A stretch of 64,000 nucleotides of DNA from Spirochaetaceae bacterium (GCA_007693485.1 REDM01000163.1:3036-67035), one strand, 5' to 3'. Shown: positions 8,127 to 16,897, counted from the stretch's first letter. The notes: generated by a model from the letters alone, not told the origin. Numbers and translations: made by a program.

Positions 8127-9739
8127 GGATGCGCTCCGGGCATATTCGTCTGCCTCATCCGCCCGACGCAGTGCGCGATCGTGGCGCGGCACGCGTCTGC
8201 GAGCGCCTCTGCGCCTGCGGACTGCGGGTGCCGAAGCACCGTCAGGTAGTGGGCTGTTTCGATCGTTCGGGCGATATCACACGCAAGCGCCTCTTCGTCG
8301 GACCGCTCGCGCGGCGGGCGGCGCAGAGCCTTCGGCAGCAGGTCGAGCGCCTTCGTCCAGCGGTCAACCGCTGATTGAAGCGGGGCGGGAGTGCCCGGTT
8401 CAGTCAGTCGCAGTCCGTCCGTGCGGTCGACGCGTGGGGTGCGGTTTCCGTGGGGCAGAACTCCTTCGGGCATCCGCAGCGCTACCGGAGAGGGATGGAT
8501 ACGGATTGCGTCCGTCGGGGGAGCGGCTTCGGCAAACCACTGTGCGTAGACCCGCATCGAGCGGGATATGCGCGCCCGTCCGCCGATCACGCGTCCGGTC
8601 CTGGGGTTCGTTGGCGCGGGACCCGGAACCACTTCGCTGCCCACCACAGATCGGCGATAGAGGATGGTGTAAAGCGGATTGGTCCGCTTCGCGACTGGCC
8701 ACAGAATACGCTCAAAGCGGTGTCCGGGCGGGTGGGAGTGGAGGTCGGCGCTGCAGAGATCGAGCCCAACGAAGAAGACGGTACGCACTCCAACCGCGCC
8801 CGCCAGGTACCACGCGCTTCCGGCAACGGTTCCGTGCGGAGGCAGTGAGATGGAGGCCGTTCGAAGCGTCCCGATCAGGTCGCGTTCGAACCATGAGCCC
8901 TGGTTGAGAACGACGATGGGGTAGTCATCTTCGGGGCGGTCGAGGGCAGCTGCGAGGGGCGCCGCCACCGGAATGCCAAGCCCTCGAAGCGGTTTGAGGT
9001 GCTCGATCGCGTAGGCGCCGCCGTCGGTTGCGACTACCAGGTCGGGACGAATCCCCGCGTTCAGCAGGACCGAGACGGCCGACGGAAGAGCCCAGATCCG
9101 CGTGGTATCCGGCAGGGCCGCCAGATCGGAGAGTGAGAGCGAAAGTGAGGGGCCGGCAGCAGCAATGACGACCGAATCTGTCGAGAGGGGGTGATGAGCC
9201 GCCGGCTTGGGTTCGGCAGAGCTGCGGCTGCAGAGTGCGAGGGCGTTGCGCACCGAGTTTCGCAGCCATCGTCGACCGAAGAATCCTTCTGTTGCGAGGA
9301 CGGCAGTTCGCCGGTCAAGCATGGTTCGCAGGGCGGTGAGGCAGCGCTCGGCGACGTCGGGAAAGGCCCTCGCCGCCGGCTCCCACGCCAGGACCAGAAG
9401 CGTGCTGCTCTCCTCCTCGACAAGCGCGTGATCCAGAAAGTGCTCCAGTGAGCCGCTGCCGCTCCACATCGCGTCGGCATCTGCGACACGGTGGTCGAAC
9501 AGATCGCGGCTGTAGTTCAGCCAGACCAGCCGTACGGACGGGAAGCGCTTGCGGACCGCATCCACGAGGTACCCAAGGCCGTCACCGAGAATGACCGCCG
9601 CACGGTACGTGCAGTCGGTGGACGCTTCCCGTTCCACGAAACGGTGCGCCTCCATGCGGGGATCGTAACGAGAGTGAATCCAGCGGCCGTCGTGAGAAGC
9701 AGCGAGTTCGCCCGAGCGGGCGGGGGAGTACGCAATCAT
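8123..9739 (-). CDS. Motility-accessory-factor-like glycosyltransferase (Maf / DUF115, MptE-like), paralogue A
   Basis: VVIAAAGPSLSLSL, ALPSAVSVLLNAGIRPDLVVATDGG and FFVGLDLC blocks are typical of DUF115/Maf proteins. About 540 aa, similar to Campylobacter Maf proteins. Confidence 0.7.
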   Translation of the reverse strand: MIAYSPARSGELAASHDGRWIHSRYDPRMEAHRFVEREASTDCTYRAAVILGDGLGYLVDAVRKRFPSVRLVWLNYSRDLFDHRVADADAMWSGSGSLEHFLDHALVEEESSTLLVLAWEPAARAFPDVAERCLTALRTMLDRRTAVLATEGFFGRRWLRNSVRNALALCSRSSAEPKPAAHHPLSTDSVVIAAAGPSLSLSLSDLAALPDTTRIWALPSAVSVLLNAGIRPDLVVATDGGAYAIEHLKPLRGLGIPVAAPLAAALDRPEDDYPIVVLNQGSWFERDLIGTLRTASISLPPHGTVAGSAWYLAGAVGVRTVFFVGLDLCSADLHSHPPGHRFERILWPVAKRTNPLYTILYRRSVVGSEVVPGPAPTNPRTGRVIGGRARISRSMRVYAQWFAEAAPPTDAIRIHPSPVALRMPEGVLPHGNRTPRVDRTDGLRLTEPGTPAPLQSAVDRWTKALDLLPKALRRPPRERSDEEALACDIARTIETAHYLTVLRHPQSAGAEALADACRATIAHCVGRMRQTNMPGAHP

Positions 9740-9766
9740 CGGTCCCGTACGACGGATTCCAGGCGC

Positions 9767-10794
9767 TCACGCGACACCAAGGGCTTCCGTTACCGAGGGG
9801 CCGTCCGGGCGAATGCGCACAATCTGCGGGGCCAGATCGATGGTTGCATCCATCTCGCAGAAGAGCTGGCCGAGCCCGAGCCCGAGCTGATGAACGACCA
9901 GATCGGCGTGTGCGGTGGTATCGGAACTCAGTGACACCACGATCCGCCCATCGTCGAGCAGTCCTGCAACCGCCGTTTCCTCGAGCATCGAACCGATAAT
10001 CCGCAGTACGTCCTGGGATGCCCGATACCGGTCGGCACCAGGGTAGGCAGTGCAGATCGCATCCACCAGTCCGGAAACCGATACGGTTGCGCAGGTCACC
10101 GGCTGGTGGTTCGCGGTGCGTCGCTGGTCCTCGATATGCGACACGACTTCAGTGGTACCTGAGAGGACGTGGCGAAATCCCGCCCGCCGTCGTGCCTCCT
10201 GATTCCGTCCCAGCAGCGCCTCAGCGGGTTCTCTGATGGCGGAGACGATGAGTTTGATCGCAAGGCTCTCTACCGAGAGATAGGGACAATCCAGAACCAG
10301 AACTACGGCAGCGAGCTCGTCGTTTGCACAGAAGGCCACCACCGCGATTCGCCGAAGCATCGACCCCTCCCGGAAAGAGAAAAATGGTTTCCAAGCATCC
10401 AGCTCTTTCTGCTCGATAATCGCGATGGAGGATGAGTCGCAGTACCCGGATACCATGGAGACGGGAACACGCAGTCGGTGTTCCGAGGTGGAGTCGATGT
10501 CGCGCACAACCCACGGGGCGAGATGGGTTCCGTCGTAATCGGGCAGGAGGAGGGCGCCTTTTGCGATGTCGAGTTGCTCGGCGAGGAGGGCAAACAGCTG
10601 GCTGGGAGCCTCGATCCCACCTGGTATGGTTGAGAACCTGCGAAGCAGGTCCGCGACTGCGTGCTCGGGATCGAGGGTGTCGTGCGAATCGTCTACGAGC
10701 GGCGCGTCGCGCAGCAGCTCGTCAAGCGCTTTTTTTTTTCGGTACCTTCGGTGCGCGCGCGCATGGCGCGGCGCAGCAGCCCTTCGTGACTCAT
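9767..10794 (-). CDS. GAF-like / degenerate GGDEF-like protein whose N-terminal ~96 codons are only reachable by a -1 shift in an A10 run (recoded gene, phase-variable gene or frameshifted pseudogene)
   Basis: The track ORF starts at GTG 10507, but the same frame is open up to 10828 with coding-like GC3 and no start codon. ATG 10794 is in the +1-offset frame and meets the long frame at the A10 tract. The C-terminal part (AGLLDDGRIVVSLSSDTTAHADLVVHQL) resembles a GGDEF fold lacking the motif. Confidence 0.55.
10729..10740 (-). other. Homopolymer A10 (T10 on the plus strand) containing the heptamer A_AAA_AAG in X_XXY_YYZ phase; candidate -1 recoding or slippage site
   Basis: The minus strand reads GAA AAA AAA AAG in the ATG-10794 frame. 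The -1 frame continues GCG CTT GAC..., which is the long ORF. An SD-like GAAGG lies ~10 nt upstream and a hairpin-capable GC-rich segment begins 6 nt downstream. Confidence 0.5.
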
Positions 10795-10821
10795 CGGAAC
10801 CTGCCCTTGTGTCCGGCCCAA

Positions 10822-12666
10822 CTACGATTCAAGCCCAAGCTCCTCGAAGAGTCGCTTATACACGTCAAAGTGCTCGGAGCGGGCAAACTCTTCGATCTTT
10901 TCTTCCGGCAGTGATTCAAGCAGCTGGTCCATGTATTTCAGAACCGACCGTATCTCGTCGCGAAGGTCCGACGGAAGGCTTTCGGCCTCGCTCTCGGCCT
11001 CGCTCTGGGATTTCGATTCCCGGTCCTGGAACGACGGAGTCAACACCTCTTCGCCAAATGTGAACGCTTCGTCGCCCTGATCACTGTCGAGGTCGATTCC
11101 GAGATCGTCGTCATCATCCTCATCAAGCGAGAGCGCTTCTTCGACGTCTTCATCGTCTTCATCGCCGGTCAGCTCCAGCGCACCGATTTCCTCGTCGTCA
11201 TCGAGGTTGAGTATCAGCGTATCGTCTTCCGCCGATGTGTGGGTAGTCTCGTTGAGATCGAGGTCATTCTCCAGCGTATCCGTGGACGAAAACGCCTCGG
11301 TGGCGAAGGGGGACTCGAGCTCTTCGTCGCTGAGCTCTTCGATGCCGGCGAGCTCGGAGTCGATGTCCATGTCCGCGAGTTCCTGGACGGCCGCCTGCGA
11401 TCCGGAAAACGGTGACGTTGGTTCGTCCGACATGGTCTCTGCGTCATCGTCTTCGTCGAGCAGCAGATCGGTATCCAGATCGGTCTCGTCATCATCGCTG
11501 GAGTGGAGGGTGATTTCTTCGTCGTGATCTCCGGGGCTGAGAGTATCGTCGAGCATGCTGAGGCCGGAATCCAGATCGATCGAGTCGAGCTCGAGATCAT
11601 CGTCTTCGGAGTCCATTTCTTCCAGCACAATTTCATCAAGGGGCTGGTCGGCGAGCTCCGAGTCGTCGGAAGCAGCGACGTCCAGGCCGAGGTCGATGTC
11701 ATCGACTTCGCTGGGTTGCCCCAGTTCTTCGGTAAACTCGGCGGTGTTGAGGATGTTATCCAGCTCGTCGCCGGTAAGCGCGATGGTCTCGTCTTCGTCT
11801 TCTTCAAAGAACCCCGCGTCGATCTGAGGCTCTTCGACCGGGGGAGCGGTGGCGGTGGAAGGGGCGACCGCAGGTGATCCCCGTCGCAGCTCAGCAAGTT
11901 CCTGCTTCAGTGCCTGCAATTCGGTTTTTATCGAGGCGAGCTCGGTTTCAATACCGGCCAGTGCTTCGGGTTCGGGGAATTCGGTTGGGACTTCGGCGAG
12001 CATTTCGGCAGTTACCGCCTCCACGTCGTCAAAATCTTCGTCCACATCGAGCTCCGGAAGTTCTTCACCCAGGTCTTCGACGTCGAATGAGGATTCGGAA
12101 ATCTCGTCCATGGGGTCGTCGGCGGGGATCGTCTCGATATCGATATCGATGCCACCGTCGTCGCCAAGCGAGATATCGGCTTCGTCCGACACGCTCGCAG
12201 CCGGTTCGGTTTCGGCTGACTCGAGAGAATCGATGGTGAACTCGTCATCATCGAGATCGATCGAGAACTCTTCGTCATCACCCGACGACGCGGAGTCGGC
12301 GCCGAGTGCAGATGGCTCTTCGAGCTCGGATTCGATGTCGTCCAGCGAAAAGTCATCGATCGACAGCGTCTCGTCCAGATCCTCCCCGGTATCATCGAAG
12401 GAGAATGATTCGCCGGAAGCCTCCTGGTCCGACGCACGCTCGAGGGCCGACGCGCGTTCCAGATCGTCACTGTCCGTGAGTTCATCATCTTCTTCTTCCA
12501 GCGAGGCGAGCAGATCCTCCTCTTCCGTGGTGAGGCTGCGCTCGTCGTCGAACGATGATTCGTCTACATCATCGGCAACATCGGACAGAGCAAACATTTC
12601 TTCGGACTCGTCGGTGACGTCCTCCGGCCCGGCTTTAACCCATACTCCATACTGCTCGAGATCCAT
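10822..12666 (-). CDS. Hyper-acidic (Asp/Glu-rich) low-complexity protein with short conserved-looking N- and C-terminal modules; function unknown
   Basis: ATG 12666 is preceded by GGGGAG 7 nt upstream, so I prefer it over the track start at 12738. The N-terminus is MDLEQYGVWVKAGPEDV, the central ~500 aa are dominated by D/E/S/L, a short coiled coil reads ELASIKTELQALKQELAELRR, and the C-terminus is LRDEIRSVLKYMDQLLESLPEEKIEEFARSEHFDVYKRLFEELGLES. Confidence 0.7.
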   Translation of the reverse strand: MDLEQYGVWVKAGPEDVTDESEEMFALSDVADDVDESSFDDERSLTTEEEDLLASLEEEDDELTDSDDLERASALERASDQEASGESFSFDDTGEDLDETLSIDDFSLDDIESELEEPSALGADSASSGDDEEFSIDLDDDEFTIDSLESAETEPAASVSDEADISLGDDGGIDIDIETIPADDPMDEISESSFDVEDLGEELPELDVDEDFDDVEAVTAEMLAEVPTEFPEPEALAGIETELASIKTELQALKQELAELRRGSPAVAPSTATAPPVEEPQIDAGFFEEDEDETIALTGDELDNILNTAEFTEELGQPSEVDDIDLGLDVAASDDSELADQPLDEIVLEEMDSEDDDLELDSIDLDSGLSMLDDTLSPGDHDEEITLHSSDDDETDLDTDLLLDEDDDAETMSDEPTSPFSGSQAAVQELADMDIDSELAGIEELSDEELESPFATEAFSSTDTLENDLDLNETTHTSAEDDTLILNLDDDEEIGALELTGDEDDEDVEEALSLDEDDDDDLGIDLDSDQGDEAFTFGEEVLTPSFQDRESKSQSEAESEAESLPSDLRDEIRSVLKYMDQLLESLPEEKIEEFARSEHFDVYKRLFEELGLES

Positions 12667-12855
12667 ACTCACTCCCCGCTGCGCGTCTGATACTCTGGTT
12701 ATCGGCAGTGCCGGAGGTCGCTTTGACACGTTTCTCACTGTACTGCAACGCTTTTCGCGTTGTCAACAAGAGTATGAGCCTTCAGAGGGGGCGACGGTCG
12801 CCTGCGAGGGGGTATCAGCTAAAGCAACGACACGAATCGACCGTATTCTTGAAGT

Positions 12856-13287
12856 GTGACCCTGAAGAGCCTCGGCATTGCCGCCTGCGTTACCGTCTGG
12901 TCGTATCTGCTCCTGACTTTCGCCTTTGGTGAGCGCGGGATAGTTGCGTACGGTCGAGTCGAGCAGTATCGGGACGAACTGCGCGCCCACATCGAGCTTC
13001 TGGAAACCGACCGTGACCGGCTTGCCGCCACCGCGGAACGGCTGCAGACGGACCCCGAGCAGATTCGCATCGAATCGCGCCGCATTGGCTACCTGCGCCC
13101 GGATGAGGGGATCATTCGCATTCCGGGGCGTCCATCATCAGAGCCGCAGATCGAACGTCCCGGCGACAAATTGCCCAGGCCCGAGCGGCACGCCGTGGTC
13201 GACCGCAGTCTGTTGCGGGCGCTGGCGCTCTGTCTGGGGTTGCTCTCCTTCGTGCTCGTTCAGACGATCTTCCGCGCTTCGAGGTAG
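12856..13287 (+). CDS. ftsB: Septum formation initiator family protein (FtsB/DivIC-like)
   Basis: N-terminal TM followed by the coiled coil GIVAYGRVEQYRDELRAHIELLETDRDRLAATAERLQTDPEQIRIESRRIGYLRPDEGIIRI, the typical FtsB/DivIC pattern. GTG start. Confidence 0.7.
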   Translation: MTLKSLGIAACVTVWSYLLLTFAFGERGIVAYGRVEQYRDELRAHIELLETDRDRLAATAERLQTDPEQIRIESRRIGYLRPDEGIIRIPGRPSSEPQIERPGDKLPRPERHAVVDRSLLRALALCLGLLSFVLVQTIFRASR

Positions 13288-14579
13288 TACCGTTTCTCTT
13301 CGGCCTCACCGAGCGAGAAGATCTTGCGCGGCAACGGCCCGTGATTGGCAACAAAACCAAACAGCGTCTCTGCACGAATGGCCGGGACCAGAAATCCGCT
13401 CCGCCCCGGCTGGGCACAGAGTGAGAGAATTGCCTCTGTTCCGTGAATGTAGTCCACCTCGATGGTGCCGGGCCGCTCGCGCTCCAGGTTTTCCAGCAGG
13501 TTCTGAACCAGCACCGCCGGGGCCTGCTCGGCCGAGCCTCCCGTTTCAAAGAGCAGCGCGGCGGCGTCCGAAATCAGGGCAAACTGGGATCCCGCTCCCG
13601 CGGGTATCGCAACCGCAGCATCCGTGGGCGCTACCCGGGCGCCCGGGGATCCGCCGGCCTGGGTTACCACCGCCGCGAGCTCCTCAAACGAGATTCCGCT
13701 CACGACTCGATGGATGGGCTCCACGTGCAGACCGGGGTCATGCATGTTGATCAGCTCCACCAGAGCATAGCGAGCCGGATCGTCGTCGGGGGCACCCTTT
13801 GCCTTCCGCTCTTCCCACACCTGCTTCGCGGTTGCCAGCGAGTGATTCCCGTCGCCGACCGCAAAGAGCATCGCGTCGTCGCGGCCGTAGCGCGCCTTCA
13901 GTCGACCCGGCTCTGCCAGGGCTGCGAGCGCATCGGCGATGCGCCCAAGGCGCGTTTCGTCGTTCACCGCGTATCCCCGCACCGAGCCGCCCCCCAGCAT
14001 GAGATCGGCTTCGTAGATGCATTCGAGATCATCGCGGTCGGTTGCGAGTGGCTCGATGACGGTTGTATCGGGGTCATCGATCAGCACGAGCACGTGGGGC
14101 AACTCGAAGCTCACCTGCCTGCGCACTTCGACGCGAGGGGGAAGCCGATCAAGGATGGTTCCTTCGGTTGCGCGGATGAGCGAGGTGGAGTCTGGGCGAA
14201 AGTCGTAGCGCTCCAGATCGAGGGCCACAACCAGACCGGTACGCACCGGAACGTGCGGTGTCGACCGCTGCACGAGCACCGCCATTGGTCCGCAGTTGCT
14301 GAGGATGCCTTCACGCTCGTACCGACGCATGGCCTCAGCAATACGGGTGATCCGGTCTGCGCGATCACGGGCGCCGAGGTAGACTTCGGGGAAGATGAGG
14401 GAGAGCGTGGATGGCGCGCCGGCGACGATCTGTTCCACGTGGCGCCAGTATTCGGGGTTGGAGGTGTGCTGATCGCACGCTATGACCGCCCATTGGTTCA
14501 AGTCGGTTCCCGCTGCGGGGAGCCAGATGTCGGGAATCTGGATCCCAACGGCGGCACATCGTTGCTCGATTGTCTGCAT
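13260..14579 (-). CDS. DUF1015 family protein
   Basis: About 440 aa from ATG 14579 (MQTIEQRCAAVGIQIPDIWLP). The FAVGDGNHSLATAK block corresponds to the DUF1015 (A)DGHHR region. The track start at 14690 adds an implausible extension. Confidence 0.65.
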   Translation of the reverse strand: MQTIEQRCAAVGIQIPDIWLPAAGTDLNQWAVIACDQHTSNPEYWRHVEQIVAGAPSTLSLIFPEVYLGARDRADRITRIAEAMRRYEREGILSNCGPMAVLVQRSTPHVPVRTGLVVALDLERYDFRPDSTSLIRATEGTILDRLPPRVEVRRQVSFELPHVLVLIDDPDTTVIEPLATDRDDLECIYEADLMLGGGSVRGYAVNDETRLGRIADALAALAEPGRLKARYGRDDAMLFAVGDGNHSLATAKQVWEERKAKGAPDDDPARYALVELINMHDPGLHVEPIHRVVSGISFEELAAVVTQAGGSPGARVAPTDAAVAIPAGAGSQFALISDAAALLFETGGSAEQAPAVLVQNLLENLERERPGTIEVDYIHGTEAILSLCAQPGRSGFLVPAIRAETLFGFVANHGPLPRKIFSLGEAEEKRYYLEARKIV

Positions 14580-14664
14580 ACGCCACCATATCCGCGAACC
14601 GCGTGAAAAGACAAGGGCGATTTTGCTTGCGCGGGGCCAACGGGGTGCGATAGAGTTGGAACCA

Positions 14665-15642
14665 ATGCGTGACTCCTGCAGGTTTCCCAACCGAATTGCC
14701 GTCGATCTCAGTTTCGCACCGCCTCACGCCGAGCGGCTTTCGCGAATCATCCCCGGCCTCGCGGCGCACGGTGTCTCTGAACTTGTGATCGACTGGGAGT
14801 CGGTCTTCCCGTGGACGATCGATGGTCGAATGAGCGGTCCTGGAGCGTTTACCGAGGAGGCTGTTGCCGGGGTGTGTGAGGTGATCCAACGCAGCGGGGT
14901 CACCCTTATTCCCCGACTCGCTCGCGGAGGTCTGATCCGGGCACTCGACCGGGTGCCCTCATTTGCACATTTCACCGGCCTGGCCTACGACCCCCAAACC
15001 CTGCGAGAGTACGCGGCGGCGGGAGTGCGCATGGCCGAGCGGGTGTGGGACGATCTCTGCTCGATCGGCGGTGAGCCGTCGATCGTGATTCTCGGTGTGA
15101 GCGAGGCACCGGCAGACTCTGCGGCCCTCTTTCGCGAGCTGGTAACCGAACCGGTCGCGGAGCGTATCGCGACGGACGGGATGAGCGTGCACATCGAAGG
15201 CGAGCTGCCTCCGCGATGGGACGGCCCGGTCGAGATGGCGATTGCCGCTACGGTGGATTCTCCCGTCGGCGGCGGGGTGGCATTCCCTGCCGCCACCGCA
15301 TCGGTACCCGACGTTGTGGCCGATATCCTCGCTGTCGCCGCGTTGGTGGCAGAGCTGGATGCGGTCATAGCATCGGGGTGGGGCATCGTGCGCCGGGTGA
15401 GTGACACGCTCGCCTGGGCGGTGCGCGATCCCGGGATGCGGCAGGTCGTCGCGGGGCACGGCACCGACTCCGACGAAGTCACCGGCGCGCTCGCGGACCT
15501 TCACCGCGTGCGGGAGCGGTTGCGGGAGCGGCTGGGCGGCGGAATGGATATACCGGTTGTCGCCGACTACCTCAGTCGGCGGTGCGCGGCGGTGGAGGAA
15601 CTGCTCGTAGTCCTCTCGGCGAGGCTCCGCGCATTGGGATGA
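14665..15642 (+). CDS. Hypothetical protein (possible TIM-barrel glycosidase-like N-terminal region)
   Basis: Coding-like ORF divergent from the DUF1015 gene. I chose ATG 14665 because the track start would overlap the divergent gene. I recognise no family. Confidence 0.45.
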   Translation: MRDSCRFPNRIAVDLSFAPPHAERLSRIIPGLAAHGVSELVIDWESVFPWTIDGRMSGPGAFTEEAVAGVCEVIQRSGVTLIPRLARGGLIRALDRVPSFAHFTGLAYDPQTLREYAAAGVRMAERVWDDLCSIGGEPSIVILGVSEAPADSAALFRELVTEPVAERIATDGMSVHIEGELPPRWDGPVEMAIAATVDSPVGGGVAFPAATASVPDVVADILAVAALVAELDAVIASGWGIVRRVSDTLAWAVRDPGMRQVVAGHGTDSDEVTGALADLHRVRERLRERLGGGMDIPVVADYLSRRCAAVEELLVVLSARLRALG

Positions 15643-15643
15643 A

Positions 15644-16897
15644 TCAGAGCGCTCGGCGCAGCAGGTCGAGCGCCCGCGCGCTCACACCCGGTTCGATCAG
15701 CCAGTCGCCGTGATGAATCACGCGCTCAACGTCGTTGCCCTCGCGGTCCAGCAGGCGGTAATCGGTCAGCACCACGGCTGCGCGATCTGGCCCCAGTAGC
15801 TCGACCGGCTCACCGCGGCGAAACCCGTTTTTCACCTCGAGCATGAACCGTCCCGGCGCAACTTCCTCGCCGATACTCCCGAGATAGAGACTCTCTCGGC
15901 GGTATCCGCTTGAGGCGGGCTTCTGGATCTCCCCGTCGCCAAAATAGAACCCGGTGGTGTAGTCGCGGTGGCTCACTCGCTGCAGCTCGTCGGTGAAGGG
16001 GCGTGCGGACGCGGGAAGCGCATTCGCGTTCGGTGCGGCCACCATGGCGTTGAGGGCGGCGCGGTAGGCACGGGTCACTACGGAGGTGTAGTAGACCGAC
16101 TTCATACGCCCCTCGATCTTCAGGCTGTCGATCCCAGCGTCGCGCAGGGCGGGCAGGTAATCAATCATGCACAGATCGCGAGACGAGAGAATCTCGGTGA
16201 AGCCCTCACCCTCGATAATGGGATAGAACTCCCCGGGGCGCTCGGCTTCCTCGAGCACCAGTGCATCGTGGGGAGCCTCGGGGCGCGCCTCGGGGTCCTC
16301 GCCAACGCGATAGCCCCAGCGGCAGGAGTGTGCGCAGTCTCCGCGGTTGCCCGAGCGCTCGGCCATCCACGCACTCAGGAAACAGCGCCCCGAGTAGGCG
16401 AGACACATCGCCCCGTGCACAAAGACCTCCAGCGCTACTTCGGGTACTGCGCTCTTGATTGCGGCGATTTGCGCCAGCGAGAGCTCCCGGCCCGGGACCA
16501 CACGCTGAAAACCGAGATCGCGGTAGAGGCGTACCGCGTCGGCGTTGACGCAGTTGGCCTGGGTGGAAAGATGAAGCTCGGTGTCGGGAAAGCGGCGCTG
16601 CAGGAGGCGCACGATTCCCAGGTCACTCACGATGAAGGCATCAAAGACTCCCGGCTCCACCCGGTCGAGGGCGTCGTTCAGACGGCCGATGTCGCCGTCG
16701 AAAAAATAGATGTTGAGCGCGCAGTAGAGCAGGCGCCCGCCTTTGAGCGCGCGAAGGGCGGCCGCATCCGTGGTGCTGAAGTTGTCCGCGCGGGTCCGCA
16801 ACGAAAACCCGTGCAGCCCGATGTAGGCCGCATCCGCTCCGTAGTGGTAGGCGTAGCGCAGTTTCTCCAGATTTCCCGCCGGTGCGAGCAGTTCCAT
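15644..16897 (-). CDS. Peptidase U32 family protein (collagenase-like / YegQ-RlhA type)
   Basis: N-terminus MELLAPAGNLEKLRYAYHYGADAAYIG and the internal EVFVHGAMCLAYSGRCFLS block are hallmark U32 motifs. Confidence 0.9.
   Translation of the reverse strand: MELLAPAGNLEKLRYAYHYGADAAYIGLHGFSLRTRADNFSTTDAAALRALKGGRLLYCALNIYFFDGDIGRLNDALDRVEPGVFDAFIVSDLGIVRLLQRRFPDTELHLSTQANCVNADAVRLYRDLGFQRVVPGRELSLAQIAAIKSAVPEVALEVFVHGAMCLAYSGRCFLSAWMAERSGNRGDCAHSCRWGYRVGEDPEARPEAPHDALVLEEAERPGEFYPIIEGEGFTEILSSRDLCMIDYLPALRDAGIDSLKIEGRMKSVYYTSVVTRAYRAALNAMVAAPNANALPASARPFTDELQRVSHRDYTTGFYFGDGEIQKPASSGYRRESLYLGSIGEEVAPGRFMLEVKNGFRRGEPVELLGPDRAAVVLTDYRLLDREGNDVERVIHHGDWLIEPGVSARALDLLRRAL

Noticed and set aside
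10730-10739. T10 run considered as the U-tract of an intrinsic terminator.
   Set aside because: On the plus strand no gene ends upstream and no hairpin precedes the run. On the minus strand it is an A-run. It also lies inside an otherwise open coding-like frame, so a recoding or indel interpretation fits better.
10982-11005. Tandem 12-bp repeat tcggcctcgctc x2.
   Set aside because: It lies inside the acidic-protein gene and simply encodes a repeated SEAE unit. It is too short to be a meaningful VNTR without population data.
11849-12859. 336-aa Ser-rich ORF on the plus strand.
   Set aside because: It is the reverse-complement reading of the GAx/GAG-rich acidic-protein gene (TCx codons). It has no independent start context and is a compositional artefact.
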